Shown one piece after another: positions 12,898 to 25,151 of a stretch of 64,000 nt of DNA (the stretch's first letter is position 1; each line of letters opens with the position of its first letter). The DNA lies in NCBI GenBank assembly GCA_002269645.1, contig NIVC01000744.1, positions 1 through 64,000 of the forward strand, written 5' to 3'. The notes under the pieces are model-generated. The model was not told the DNA's origin. It worked only from the letters and a program-made list of their open reading frames with translations, and ran no database searches. The stretch is from Macrostomum lignano. Taxonomy: Eukaryota. The translations under genes were made by a program, and so were the position numbers.

Positions 12898-12934
12898 CTA
12901 AGACAGACAGACAGACAGACAGACAGACACACAC

Positions 12935-12993
<59 letters not shown>

Positions 12994-13004
12994 CACACAC
13001 ACAC

Positions 13005-13067
<63 letters not shown>

Positions 13068-15370
13068 CAGGCAGATTAGAAAGCTGTCGTAGCCGACTTG
13101 CCCTTCGACCTTATTAATTTTCTTCTGATCCGAAAATTTCCTGAACCAGCAGAAGTTGCCGCACGGGAGGGCCGCGCTCACCTGTGGCGGAAAGTCCGCC
13201 TCGCCTTCCAGTTTGCTGGCGCGCACCTGCTCGCCGACTTCGACTACTTCCTCAAGGCTGACGTGGACACCTTCGTGCTGATGCCGAATCTGCGCAGCTT
13301 CCTGCTGAGCCTCGGCCGGCGCCCGGACTCCGCCTGGTGGACCGGCCGGTTACTGCGCCTGCGGCTGGGGACGCCGCAGCGGTGGCGCTGGCAGCGCTAC
13401 ATGTCGGGCGGCGCCGGCTATGCGCTGTCCAGAGGCGCCGTTCGCAACCTGCTGGCAGCCGGGGCTGGCAAAGACTGCGGCGCGGTGACGTCGGAAGACG
13501 TCAACATGGGTGAGCCTGGGCGGCAGCTCCTAGTTGCTGAAAACTGGACACTCCTACAGCCCGGATATCAAAAGACGCTCTCCCTCGGAATTCAATCGGG
13601 GGCTCTCAGTGTGCTCACTAGCAGTGGCTCGCCCTGGCCGGCCGGCATGTACATTGTGCCTGGATGCCTGGCGCAGCTTTTGTGGACAGCCGACAGTCTG
13701 CAGCCAATCAAATATGCCTGTTCCACTGATCTCTCCGAATTCGTACACACAGGTGTTAAAACAATGCTCCCAATTATTGTTGGCTGCACACAGACACCAA
13801 GGCACTTAGGACACCTAAGGTCTATTTACATTACTGCTAGTAGCTCCGACACTAGTACTCTAGGACTCTTGGACACTAGGACTCTAGGACTCAAGGACTC
13901 TAGGACACTAGGACACTAGGACTCAAGGACACTAGGACTCTAGGACACTAGGACTCTAGGACACTAGGACTCAAGGACTCTAGGACTCTAGGACTCAAGG
14001 ACTCTAGGACACTAGGACTCAAGGACACTAGGACTCTAGGACACTAGGACTCTAGGACTCAAGGACTCTAGGACACTAGGACTCAAGGACACTAGGACTC
14101 TTGGACACTAGGACTCTAGGACTCAAGGACTCTAGGACACTAGGACTCAAGGACACTAGGACTCTAGGACACTAGGACTCTAGGACACTAGGACTCAAGG
14201 ACACTAGGACTCTAGGACACTAGGACTCTAGGACACTAGGACTCAAGGACTCTAGGACTCAAGGACTCTATTACTCTAGGACACTAGGACTCAAGGACTC
14301 TAGGACTCTAGGACACCAAGGCACTGGGACACTAGGAAACTGGGACACTAGGGCACTGGGACACCATGACACTAGGACACCATGACACTAGGACACCATG
14401 ACACTAGGACACAATGACACCAGGACACCATGACACTAGGACACCATGACACCAGGACACCATGACACTAGGACACCATGACACCAGGACACCATGACAC
14501 TAGGACACCATGACACTAGGACACCATGACACTAGGACACCATGACACTAGGACACCATGACACTAGGACACCATGACACCAGGACACCATGACACTAGG
14601 ACACCATGACACTAGGACACCATGACACCAGGACACCATGACACTAGGACACCATGACACTAGGACACCATGACACTAGGACACCATGACACCAGGACAC
14701 CATGACACTAGGACACCATGACACCAGGACACCATGACACTAGGACACCATGACACCAGGACACCATGACACTAGGACACCATGACACCAGGACACCATG
14801 ACACTAGGACACCATGACACTAGGACACCATGACACCAGGACACCATGACACTAGGACACCATGACACCAGGACACTAGGACTATGACACAAGGAAGCTA
14901 GGACGTAGACGCTAGAACAATAGCCAAAAACACAGGCACAGGGACAGAGACAATAAATCCACCAGCAAGTTACCGCAGCAGCTCAATTTCAGGAATCTGC
15001 ATGGAACGCCGTGGCGTTGAGTTTGTCGACTCGTTCGACCCCGGCAGCGAGGGTGGCGAGCGATTCCATCCGATGGGCTTCGCCAGCCACCTGGACTTCG
15101 GTGCCGCGCCCACAACGCACTGGCTGTGGCAGTACAGCGTGCGGCCTGTGAGATCGGTGAGACGGGGACACTTTTTCAACCCCTTCTTTCGAATAAAGTT
15201 CTTTCGAACTTTCCTTTCCCATTGCGCTGCAGGGCCCGCGGTGCTGCAGCAGCTCCTCGATTTCATTCCACTACGTGTCGCCGCAGGAGATGCGCACCTT
15301 CCACTTCCTGCTCTACACGCTGCGGAGAGAGCGGTGGCCAGTGCCATGCAGCCGGCTGCTTTGTTTATAA
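11991..15370 (+). CDS. C1GALT1: Core 1 beta-1,3-galactosyltransferase (GT31, T-synthase-like), 4 exons: 11991-12264, 13153-13509, 14993-15147, 15233-15370
   Basis: N-terminal TM anchor. Motifs: [92 protein letters not shown]. Splice phases are consistent (1,1,0), and exon 4 ends at TAA 15368-15370. Confidence 0.88.
12763..13070. repeat. (GACA)n microsatellite in C1GALT1 intron 1
   Basis: Directly visible. Confidence 0.97.
13858..14880. repeat. 8-bp-based array in C1GALT1 intron 2 (GGACACTA/GGACTCTA/GGACTCAA, then 16-bp ACACTAGGACACCATG)
   Basis: Directly visible. Confidence 0.95.
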
Positions 15371-15574
15371 AGACTTGTGCAATCCTAGCATATAGCTGAG
15401 TTTTTGAGGTATTGATTGCTTAGTTACTTTTTATTCACTGGGCAGTTTTACCGGTATGAGTATTAATCTGAATAAAACGATTCTCATTATAAGTTGATGA
15501 CTGGCTACAAGCACGCTGCTTGAAAGCACATGACCAAGGAGGTTGCAAAGACCAAGGAGGACAATTAACCGACC

Positions 15575-17590
15575 CTGTTCTGATGTACAATTAGAATGCT
15601 AGACCGATAAACCGATTCTGTTCTGATGTACAATTAGAATGCTAGACCAATAAACCGATTCTGTTCTGATGTACAATTAGAATGCTAGACCAATGAACCG
15701 ATTCTGTTCTGATGTACAATTAGAATGCTAGACCGATGAACCGATTCTGTTCTGATGTACAATTAGAATGCTAGACCGATGAACCGATTCTGTTCTGATG
15801 TACAAATAGAATGCTAGACCGATGAACCGATTCTGTTCTGATGTACAATTAGAATGCTAGACCAATAAACCGATTCTGTTCTGATGTACAATTAGAATGC
15901 TAGACCAATGAACCGATTCTGTTCTGATGTACAATTAGAATGCTAGACCGATGAACCGATTCTGTTCTGATGTACAATTAGAATGCTAGACCGATGAACC
16001 GATTCTGTTCTGATGTACAAATAGAATGCTAGACCGATGAACCGATTCTGTTCTGATGTACAATTAGAATGCTAGACCGATAAACCGATTCTGTTCTGAT
16101 GTACAATTAGAATGCTAGACCAATAAACCGATTCTGTTCTGATGTACAATTAGAATGCTAGACCAATGAACCGATTCTGTTCTGATGTACAATTAGAATG
16201 CTAGACCGATGAACCGATTCTGTTCTGATGTACAATTAGAATGCTAGACCGATGAACCGATTCTGTTCTGATGTACAAATAGAATGCTAGACCGATGAAC
16301 CGATTCTGTTCTGATGTACAATTAGAATGCTAGACCAATAAACCGATTCTGTTCTGATGTACAATTAGAATGCTAGACCAATGAACCGATTCTGTTCTGA
16401 TGTACAATTAGAATGCTAGACCGATGAACCGATTCTGTTCTGATGTACAATTAGAATGCTAGACCGATGAACCGATTCTGTTCTGATGTACAAATAGAAT
16501 GCTAGACCGATGAACCGATTCTGTTCTGATGTACAATTAGAATGCTAGACCAATAAACCGATTCTGTTCTGATGTACAATTAGAATGCTAGACCAATAAA
16601 CCGATTCTGTTCTGATGTACAATTAGAATGCTAGACCGATGAACCGATTCTGTTCTGATGTACAATTAGAATGCTAGACCAATAAACCGATTCTGTTCTG
16701 ATGTACAATTAGAATGCTAGACCAATGAACCGATTCTGTTCTGATGTACAATTAGAATGCTAGACCGATGAACCGATTCTGTTCTGATGTACAATTAGAA
16801 TGCTAGACCGATGAACCGATTCTGTTCTGATGTACAATTAGAATGCTAGACCAATAAACCGATTCTGTTCTGATGTACAATTAGAATGCTAGACCGATGA
16901 ACCGATTCTGTTCTGATGTACAATTAGAATGCTAGACCGATGAACCGATTCTGTTCTGATGTACAATTAGAATGCTAGACCGATGAACCGATTCTGTTCT
17001 GATGTACAATTAGAATGCTAGACCGATGAACCGATTCTGTTCTGATGTACAATTAGAATGCTAGACCAATAAACCGATTCTGTTCTGATGTACAATTAGA
17101 ATGCTAGACCGATGAACCGATTCTGTTCTGATGTACAATTAGAATGCTAGACCGATAAACCGATTCTGTTCTGATGTACAATTAGAATGCTAGACCGATG
17201 AACCGATTCTGTTCTGATGTACAATTAGAATGCTAGACCAATAAACCGATTCTGTTCTGATGTACAATTAGAATGCTAGACCGATGAACCGATTCTGTTC
17301 TGATGTACAATTAGAATGCTAGACCGATGAACCGACCCTGTTCTGATGTACAATTAGAATGCTAGACCGATGAACCGATTCTGTTCTGATGTACAGTTAG
17401 AATGCTAGACCGATAAACCGATTCTGTTCTGATGTACAATTAGAATGCTAGACCGATGAACCGACCCTGTTCTGATGTACAATTAGAATGCTAGACCGAT
17501 AAACCGATTCTGTTCTGATGTACAATTAGAATGCTAGACCGATGAACCGATTCTGTTCTGATGTACAATTAGAATGATAGACCGATGAAC
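15575..17590. repeat. 43-bp satellite x~47 with higher-order pattern
   Basis: CTGTTCTGATGTACAATTAGAATGCTAGACCGATGAACCGATT. The CAAATAG variant occurs at 15803, 16018, 16276 and 16491 (spacing 5, 6, 5 units). Confidence 0.97.
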
Positions 17591-17688
17591 AGCACTTGCT
17601 CCAGCATGAAGTCGAAACCAGGCTAAGGTTTACAAAACTCTGCCGTTACTGCTCAACGCAGGGAATTAGGCGTGTGACATTCGGATAA

Positions 17689-18105
17689 AGTAGAAGGCAT
17701 GAGGGGGCTTCTGGGACAAAATTTTTCACCTCCTCCATAATCCACCTAAATCCATCTATATTATCCCTGACAGAATCAGAAAAAAAGGGGGGTCGCACTC
17801 GCTCCGAAAACGTCCTCCATAATCCACCTAAATCCATCCATATTATCCCTGACAGAATCAGAAAAAAAGGGGGGTCGCACTTGCTCACAAAACGTCCTCC
17901 ATAATCCTTTTAAATCCATCCATATTATCCCTGACAGAATCAGAGCATTATCCCTGACAGAATCAGAGCATAACAGTAGGACACCTGTTATGCTCACTGA
18001 CACCGACATCCACCCATAGCATCTTCGAAACAATCAGAAAACAATCTGCATTCTTCTCCCCACATTCAATTTGCAACGTGCTACCAGATCCCAAGGACTT
18101 TAAAT
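17689..18105 (+). repeat. Left terminal inverted repeat of the Polinton
   Basis: Reverse complement of 29739-30155. I saw only one substitution. Contains three ~83-bp internal repeats (CTCCATAATCC...GGGGGGTCGCACT). Confidence 0.95.
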
Positions 18106-18908
18106 GCAACATCAATGTCCTTCTCTATTGCCTTAAGATAATCAGCTTTTAGTGCAGTCTTTGGCTCAATGACTTCCAAATACAGCTCGATTCCGGTTAG
18201 CTTCACCTCCATCCTTGTGTGGTCCGCCCCAGTCCACAACACTCTACTGCGATCATCTCTAGTCATCCTAAATGTGTAGCTAAAGTTACTAGTCAGTCGA
18301 TTAAATGTATTACAGAATCCACTCATGAATCTCAATGGTACAAATACATCAACAGACCGATACTGCGGGTTCTTAGCAGCATCATCAGCACCTTGCAATG
18401 CATAGTTGTATCTCTTCTTCCTATTTTTATAGCCACTGTCATTGATATCTCCTTCTTTTTCGTCTGCAATAAAACCCGCACCACTTCCCAATTGAATAAA
18501 ATCAGGATTCTCGATCAAACAATGAGCGTCATAGACAATTCCAAAGTTGGCGATTCGCTCCAACTCAGTGCTCCCATTCGATACACTAAACTCCTTGAAC
18601 ATGTACGCCCAAAAGTTACTGATCAGAGCCACATCCGCATCATGCTTGTCAACGTTAGCACGAGCCGCATCCGCACCACCTTTTGTCTTGAATTGAAATG
18701 TCATATGGAAGCCGCTCTTAAGACTGTGCACACTAACCAGAGACGAACATCCATTGTATGTAAATGTCAGTGTTTGACCTGGACCCAAATTAGTTTCATT
18801 CTGGTTCTCGTGACTCGGAACTCTAACTTGTGTCGCTTTGATTGTGCTATCATCACTCAAAATAGGCTTGTTAATTTTGTAGAAAACTGGTGTCAGTGGG
18901 TCGTTCAT
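18081..18908 (-). CDS. Probable major capsid protein (double jelly-roll), N-terminal part only, truncated into the left TIR
   Basis: 275-aa beta-rich ORF with Polinton MCP-like segments (LISNFWAYMFKEFSV, VDVFVPLRFMSGF, LTGIELYLEVIEP). The last codons and stop come from TIR sequence. Family assignment is from remembered motif style, not a search. Confidence 0.65.
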   Translation of the reverse strand: MNDPLTPVFYKINKPILSDDSTIKATQVRVPSHENQNETNLGPGQTLTFTYNGCSSLVSVHSLKSGFHMTFQFKTKGGADAARANVDKHDADVALISNFWAYMFKEFSVSNGSTELERIANFGIVYDAHCLIENPDFIQLGSGAGFIADEKEGDINDSGYKNRKKRYNYALQGADDAAKNPQYRSVDVFVPLRFMSGFCNTFNRLTSNFSYTFRMTRDDRSRVLWTGADHTRMEVKLTGIELYLEVIEPKTALKADYLKAIEKDIDVAFKVLGIW

Positions 18909-18938
18909 TTTTTAACTAAAAATAAAATAAAATAAGAA

Positions 18939-20182
18939 ATGAAGCGAAAAAGTACACAGCAGATATCTGAATTGGAGAAGCTAGCACAAGCAGAGAAACG
19001 AGTTACCGGGCTAATAAATAAGGAGCAACAATCCTACAATGAGTTTGTCCAAGCAGCCACAGAGTTTCATAAGCCCGGGTATGGAGAAGCTAAGAAAAAT
19101 ATTGATCAGGTCAAAGAAACTATCGACGACATACAGGAAACCCAAGTGCAAAAGGCTTTGGGCAAAATTCCAGAAGCACCACAGATACAGCCGCAACCAC
19201 AACACAACCGCAACCACAACAACCACAACCACATCAATCACAACCACAACAGCAACTAAAAGTGACAGATAACATATTTGGACCAGTAGAGCGTGTAGAA
19301 CATGATGGGAAATATGTATTTGGAATAAGTATGTGGAGAAAAAATATTTATAATGAACCAGTGGAATATTATATCGACATAAATAAGAAACATATTTCTG
19401 TTGTCAAAGGCTCGGAAACTAAGAGCATTCCTTTCACAGAAACCTTACTGAGTTTTATGACCAAGAACCAAGAGAGAATCTCGGACAAACAGCTAAAGAA
19501 CTATAGAGATCTAGTGACTTTTGCTCTTGCTAGAGATATAGAAATACTAAAGGCCCCAGAAGTCCTGAGACTTATGTATGATAACGGTGTCAACCTGACT
19601 AGATTCAAAAAGTAGAAACACTTTAAACAATGGTTCGATTTGCCAGATCAGGCGGAAGTCATTGATCGGATAAAATATCTAGAACAACAACAACAACAAC
19701 AGCAACAACAACAACCACAACCACAGCAGCAACATTCCACAGAAGAACAAGTACTCAGTCAACTCGAGCAGTTAGACCCTTTGAAAGTAGCTGAATATAA
19801 GAAACAAAACCCAACAGGCTGGCAACACTTAGAACAACACTCTCCAGATCGAATGAACAGAATCAAGCAAAGAGTTTTCACACCTCAACAGAGACAGGCA
19901 CCACATGACAGTTCCATCTCTGAAAGTGAGCAGTCTTTTGCATCACCTCCCCAGCAGCTACAAGCCCAACCAACTCCACAACCCCAAGACCAACCGCCCT
20001 CAACTGGAAAAGGCATGCCTGAATTCTACAAGCGGTTAGCTGTTCTTCTAGGAGCGGCAAAGACCGGAATGAAAGACGAGAATAGAAAAGAATTTGTCAA
20101 CATCCTGGACAAAATGCTTGAGAGAAAATATATCGATAAAAGAGCAAGAGAACTTTTGCTTTCACGGTTTAACAAAAAATAA
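18939..20182 (+). pseudogene. Conserved uncharacterised Polinton protein (~415 aa) split by one frameshift (~19203) and one in-frame TAG (19613-19615)
   Basis: ORFs 19262-19615 and 19640-20182 are in the same frame, separated only by TAG. ORF 18939 joins 19262 if one A is restored in the CAA/CCA repeat. The C-terminal TGKGMPEFYKRLAVLLGAAKTG..EFVNILDKML resembles a recurrent Polinton ORF motif. Confidence 0.6.
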
Positions 20183-20198
20183 ATTTCTATTTAAAAAG

Positions 20199-20578
20199 AT
20201 GCCAATTATTTTCGAAAAAGACATTGACAAATACTATGACAAAGAGGAACTTAATCTTATTAAACGCGGATCTGGACTTTTCCCTGCAGGCCACTATCCA
20301 AGAAAAGAACGCTCTGGGAATGGCCTTGCCGATTTGATCGCTCAGGGGCCAAGATTTTTAAGGTCATTGGAGAGAACAAAGAGAACATCAAGAACGTTGC
20401 CGAAGCGGCTGGCAGTGTAGCCACAGCAGCCAAAAAGATAAAGGATACTGTAACACCTAAACAAGAGATTCAACCTCCACTGGCCCCGCTGGCCCCAAAC
20501 CCAGACAGTGTGGACCCTGCAGTCTATGAGAAGATGAGAGCAAGCATTAAAAAAGGAAGTGGTTTCAAATTTGACTAA
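20199..20578 (+). CDS. Small putative virion core protein with GxG motifs (frameshift at ~20345)
   Basis: MPIIFEK..KRGSGLF..RSGNGLADLIAQG. Adding one G to GGGG at ~20345 gives AKIFKVIGENKENIKNVAEAAGSV...KKGSGFKFD*. Confidence 0.5.
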
Positions 20579-20624
20579 AGGTACTTTCCGAGGGTACAAG
20601 AAATGTAAAGGTACAAGACTAGTC

Positions 20625-20810
20625 TCAAAATGACACATCTAAGTCCCAAAATGACACATCTAAGTCCCAAAATGACACAATTAAGTACCAAAATGACACA
20701 TCTAAGTCCCAAAATGACACATCTAAGTCCCAAAATGACACATCTAAGTCCCAAAATGACACATCTAAGTCCCAAAATGACACATCTAAGTCCCGAAATG
20801 ACACATCTAA
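20625..20810. repeat. 21-bp tandem repeat (AAAATGACACATCTAAGTCCC) x~9 inside the Polinton
   Basis: Directly visible, between the core ORF and the ATPase. Confidence 0.95.
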
Positions 20811-20850
20811 ATTATTTATTATTTAATTATTTTTTTTCATCATAGAAAAA

Positions 20851-21486
20851 ATGGACTTTTCAAACGACTTCAATCCTCACTGGACGCGTAATCAGATTAA
20901 GTTTTCTCATCACGAGTCAATTCCGAGTCACTTTAGATGCATTGTTGTTGGTTCATCAGGTTCAGGTAAAACATTCAGAGTCTTTAACATGCTTCTTAGA
21001 CCTGGATTTATCGACTATGACACTCTGCACATCTACTCTCCCACACTGTATCAAGATGAGTATAGAATGCTGATTTCTGGATTGCAAAACAAACTGAACA
21101 AAGAGGACATTATTCAATGTTTTAATAACCAACAAATCCTTCCCAGTAACCCAGAAATTGTAGCTGCTGAATATGCAAAGCACCTCAAAGACAATGAAAA
21201 ATGGCAGAACATTAAAGTGTTCACCTATGGAGATCCACAGGCTGATCCAAAGACCAAACTTCTACCCCAACCAGATGAGCTAGAAAAGGGGAGAAAGCAT
21301 TTGATCGTCTTTGATGATTGTATGACAGGCCCACAGAAGCAGATAGAAAACTATTTTACAAGAGGGCGACATAACAATTGTAATGTAATTTACATTGCAC
21401 AGAATTGGTTCGAGCTCCCATGTGAAAGAACTCATGTGATGTCTTTTTGTTGCAATTCAAGGCGTCTCTGTATTCAGCTTCATTAA
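20851..21486 (+). CDS. FtsK/A32-like genome-packaging ATPase, C-terminally truncated at ~21420
   Basis: Walker A GSSGSGKT, Walker B LIVFDD, arginine-finger segment YFTRGRHNNCNVIYIAQN. Confidence 0.9.
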   Translation: MDFSNDFNPHWTRNQIKFSHHESIPSHFRCIVVGSSGSGKTFRVFNMLLRPGFIDYDTLHIYSPTLYQDEYRMLISGLQNKLNKEDIIQCFNNQQILPSNPEIVAAEYAKHLKDNEKWQNIKVFTYGDPQADPKTKLLPQPDELEKGRKHLIVFDDCMTGPQKQIENYFTRGRHNNCNVIYIAQNWFELPCERTHVMSFCCNSRRLCIQLH

Positions 21487-24400
21487 TTTCCTTCCTAACC
21501 ACACGTTTTGGAATTCCCTTTGATTTTTTAATTGGGTCTGACGACTCACATTTTACAAAATAGGACTTTGCTCTCAACCCAATGAATTCAGTGATTATGT
21601 CACCAGCAATCTCGTCCTTCATTTTCCCAATCACTTTCTTGTTAGTGGCGTCGTCAAACACTTGATCACCATTCTGTGTCCTGAAAGACTCATCATACTC
21701 AGACAAGTCAAACAAATCTTTTTGCTGCAGCATGTCCTGATAAATGTCTTCTGTTTGAATGTCCATAATAAAACTGTCTGTGTCAGTGTACAAGAGTTTC
21801 ATTTTATCCTTGTACTGCTGCTTCATGCCATAGAAGAACTGGTACATCAGACGTTTTGATTCGTCGAGAACAGTGACACCTGTATAGATCGGCTTGCGCA
21901 GCGTCACCTTGGTTTTGTAAAATATGATCACACCTAAGTAGCTATTAAAGATATGGAGTTCTTTGAATGTTGGCTTTGACATATTTGCCTGAATAACATC
22001 AGGCTCTGATGAGGTAACAAGTTTCAGGTTTGTTCTTTTCCGCTCATTCTCAAGAGTCTTGCCATAGACAGAGTTGTTGGCCAACTTAAAGAGGTTCTTG
22101 TCAAAGTCGTTGGTTGCTTTGGTCCTAAACTGGGTGTTCTTATCAATGTAGGGTTTCATCCACGCTTCCTCTGTAAATGTAAGAGCCCTGTGAACTTTGG
22201 TGACCGTGCAACCCAGTGAGATAAAATACTGAAGCAGTTTGTAATGGATTTTGTAACGTGTCTTGTTGTTTAGATTCTGTGTTAGTTTCTCTGTATGTTC
22301 TTTTTCTGTTCCTGACAAGCGCCAAGTTCCATTATTATCATTGGGAGTTTCGATTATTTTCGGGCACTTGATGTTCTCCGGGAAGGGTGGAAAGTCAGAG
22401 AAATAGTCGTGAAGCTCTGGTGGAATGTAAACATCAACCTCATAAATGGCAGCCAATGAAAAGTCCCATTTGAATTCTGATGAGGGTAACCATCGAAAAT
22501 CTCTAACTGGAAGATCTTGACTCATCGCCCACCCGTAGAGATTATTAGCGTCCAAGTAAGTAATGTAGTTTGAGGGCTGCTCCTTATTGTAAGATTCAAT
22601 GTAGGGATTGTTTGCTTTTGCATACCTGTTAACGCAAATTGAGATTCCCCCTCGCTTTGACGATTCGACAAAATTGTACATGTCAATGTCTGTAAGAAGT
22701 TCAATGTACCAATCTGGATCTTGATCCCATTTCATTTTAAGCAAAGATTCCCAGCTAGTGGCAGGCAGAGACACATAATGTGCTGGATCGAGGCCATATG
22801 CTGTGTACCAGGTGTATCTGAAGGTTTCAAACACATCAGCCAGCAGAAACACATCTGTGTAGAGGTAAAGCAGGTGATACTGGAAGAAGTTTTGACAATT
22901 AAAGTAATTATAGACATGCTTCGCGTGCTCATAGTCTTTGTCAGAGATTTCAGAGTCTGTTAGTTTTGAAAAGAACTTCTCCTGTGGTGGTAAACCATCT
23001 TCAAATACGTGATACCCAGTAATATTTTCATAGGGGTAGAAGCCTTTCTTTCTTAAAAGTTTAAATGATTCATCACTGTTGTTAATTTTACTTGCAAACA
23101 TCTTTGTATATGTACATTGTTCATCTTTTAGATTCTTGCTTAGTTCGTCTAGACTGGCAGCTAGAAATTGATATGAATCCTTCAGTCTTATTTTACCTGT
23201 ACCCGAATTATCCTGTTTAATATCAACACACTTAAACTTCTCCTTGTTCTCTGCGATGCAATCAAGGTGTATGTCTGGAATCATGCCGATTTTTTCAACT
23301 ATTAAATGCATGTCATAGTTCTTTGCGTTGTGACAAAATATTGTTAGATCATGAATGTTCGATTTTAGCTGTAGATTACAGGTGTTATGCGCTGCACCTC
23401 TAAATTTCCCAGTATAGTGGCAGTGGTCCCTAACGGTGGGGTTTTTAATATTAGTGCAAGTTAAATGTTTCCTGCAGATGTGGCAATGAGTTGCTGATAG
23501 GAGATTGCTTTCATCCTCCTCAGTCATCATTATTGGAACAGGTTGAAGGGTGCTAATCACTTTTTGCAACTCTAACATTCTGGCAATAAACTGCTCCACA
23601 CACTGCTCTCCAAAGAAATAATTATACTCAACAAGTCCTTTTGTATTAATAAAGGCATATGCTACTGAATTGGGGATATGTTTTTGAGTTTGAGTTTGTT
23701 TTTGAGTTGGAGTTTGTTTTTGAGTTGGAGTCTGTTTTTGAGTTTCTGGCACGATTGAGCATTCGAAATCAGCATATACAACAAATGGGAGCTTCTCCAT
23801 CTTGTGATAGTTCTTAAACCGGAGATACTTCTCTTCAGCTGAAGGAAGAGAGCAGTTTGTTGGGTGATCCTCGCATGATAATTCATGCTCTGTTAGCTTT
23901 TCAAAGCGTTCAGGTCCACTGTAATGCTTAAGGCACAAGCGGCAGATGGCAACAGCCTCGTGATGATTATTCAACTGCTTGTGAATGAGTCTTGAAGATC
24001 TTTAATCCAAACATAGTGAGCCTCCTCTAGTAAATTACCAATCACTAGAAGATCCACTTCAGTCCGCCTTTTCCCCTCGGATCTAAAACGTCTTTGCTAC
24101 ATCTGACCGGTTGAACTTTCTCAGTTTTTTCACTCCACTCAAAGACTGTGATTCTAATTTTGTTATTAAACACTTCTTCTAGCTTTGGGATCTGAGAGAT
24201 CGCCAAGCCTCCTTTGTCAAACCTGATTCCCTTCTTTTCGCATTCGATGAGATAGTAGTTGAAATAATTTTGATAATTTGAGGTTCTTTCGGGGTGGTGA
24301 GGGACACTAAAAAGTGCAGAAAGAACTGCCCATAGAGCACAGCAATTGTCTTTATTTTTAACATTTATGCAAGCTTTTTTACCGGCTAGCTTATGCGGGA

Positions 24401-25151
24401 GCTCTATATAAGAGGAGGCTTTAAGTGGGTCATATTTCATGACCATGACAGTCGCTCTTTGAATCCCTCCCACGACCCATCCGGAACCTCTGGATGTAAA
24501 CGCTTCAATTTTCTTATTGACATCTTGAAGGAAAGGATCCAGTGTGTCTGTTGGGGTGAATGGCTTTGCCTTTGTTGTCATGTAATACTCGAGATGCTCA
24601 GTGGGTTTCGCAGGCATATAAAACGCAATCTTGAATGATATCTGTAGTTTAAAGGTCTTGCGTGTTTTGAGTGTGTGATCAACAACTGATTGGATGCTGT
24701 CTTTATAGTCGTAGATGTTTGCGGTGGTACCGTTGGTGCCGTTAATTGGGATTTTGTACTCTATGTAATGTTCTGTAAACTTCCTCTGCGCAAAATTAAT
24801 CTCTTCAGTGGCAAGCTCCGACTCTTTTAAATGGATTAATTGCTCTAATTTCTCTTGTTCCTGCTTATTTTGTGGGTACTTTGCTTTTTCACCAGTGAGA
24901 GTTTCATATTTGTTAACTAAGTTGCGACTCCTCTCTTGGTGTTCCTTTGCAGAATTTTTTATAGGCGCATACTGGTTTGATTCTAATTGATTGATGATTT
25001 CCAACTGTTTTTCATAGCTTCCCAGGTGACCAGGGTCGGTGTTAAACTTTTGTTTACATGCTTCTCTTAGTAAATTACTTTTGTCTTGAAATGAGACGCC
25101 TTTTGAAAAATGTTTGTTGACTAAATCTTTTGCTGGATTAGCTTTTGGCAT
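21356..25151 (-). CDS. polB: Protein-primed family B DNA polymerase (~1240 aa), two 1-nt frameshifts at ~24075 and ~23995, C-terminus lost at ~21420
   Basis: Exo motifs YADFE, HNAKNYD, YTDVFLLADVF. Pol motifs YLDANNLYGWAM, KLANNSVYGK, YTDTDS. Endonuclease-VII-like DHCHYTGKFRGAAHNTCN. The N-terminal SSYIELP..INVKNKDNCCALW lies in ORF 24045-25151 and is bridged by EVDLLVIG..AHYVWIKDL in an intermediate frame. Confidence 0.93.

Noticed and set aside
10615-17590. Regular repeats that could be mistaken for CRISPR arrays
   Set aside because: The units are contiguous with no unique spacers, the context is eukaryotic, and there are no cas genes.
18219-18935. 238-aa ORF antisense to the capsid gene
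   Set aside because: No motifs, non-ATG start, and best explained as a shadow ORF.
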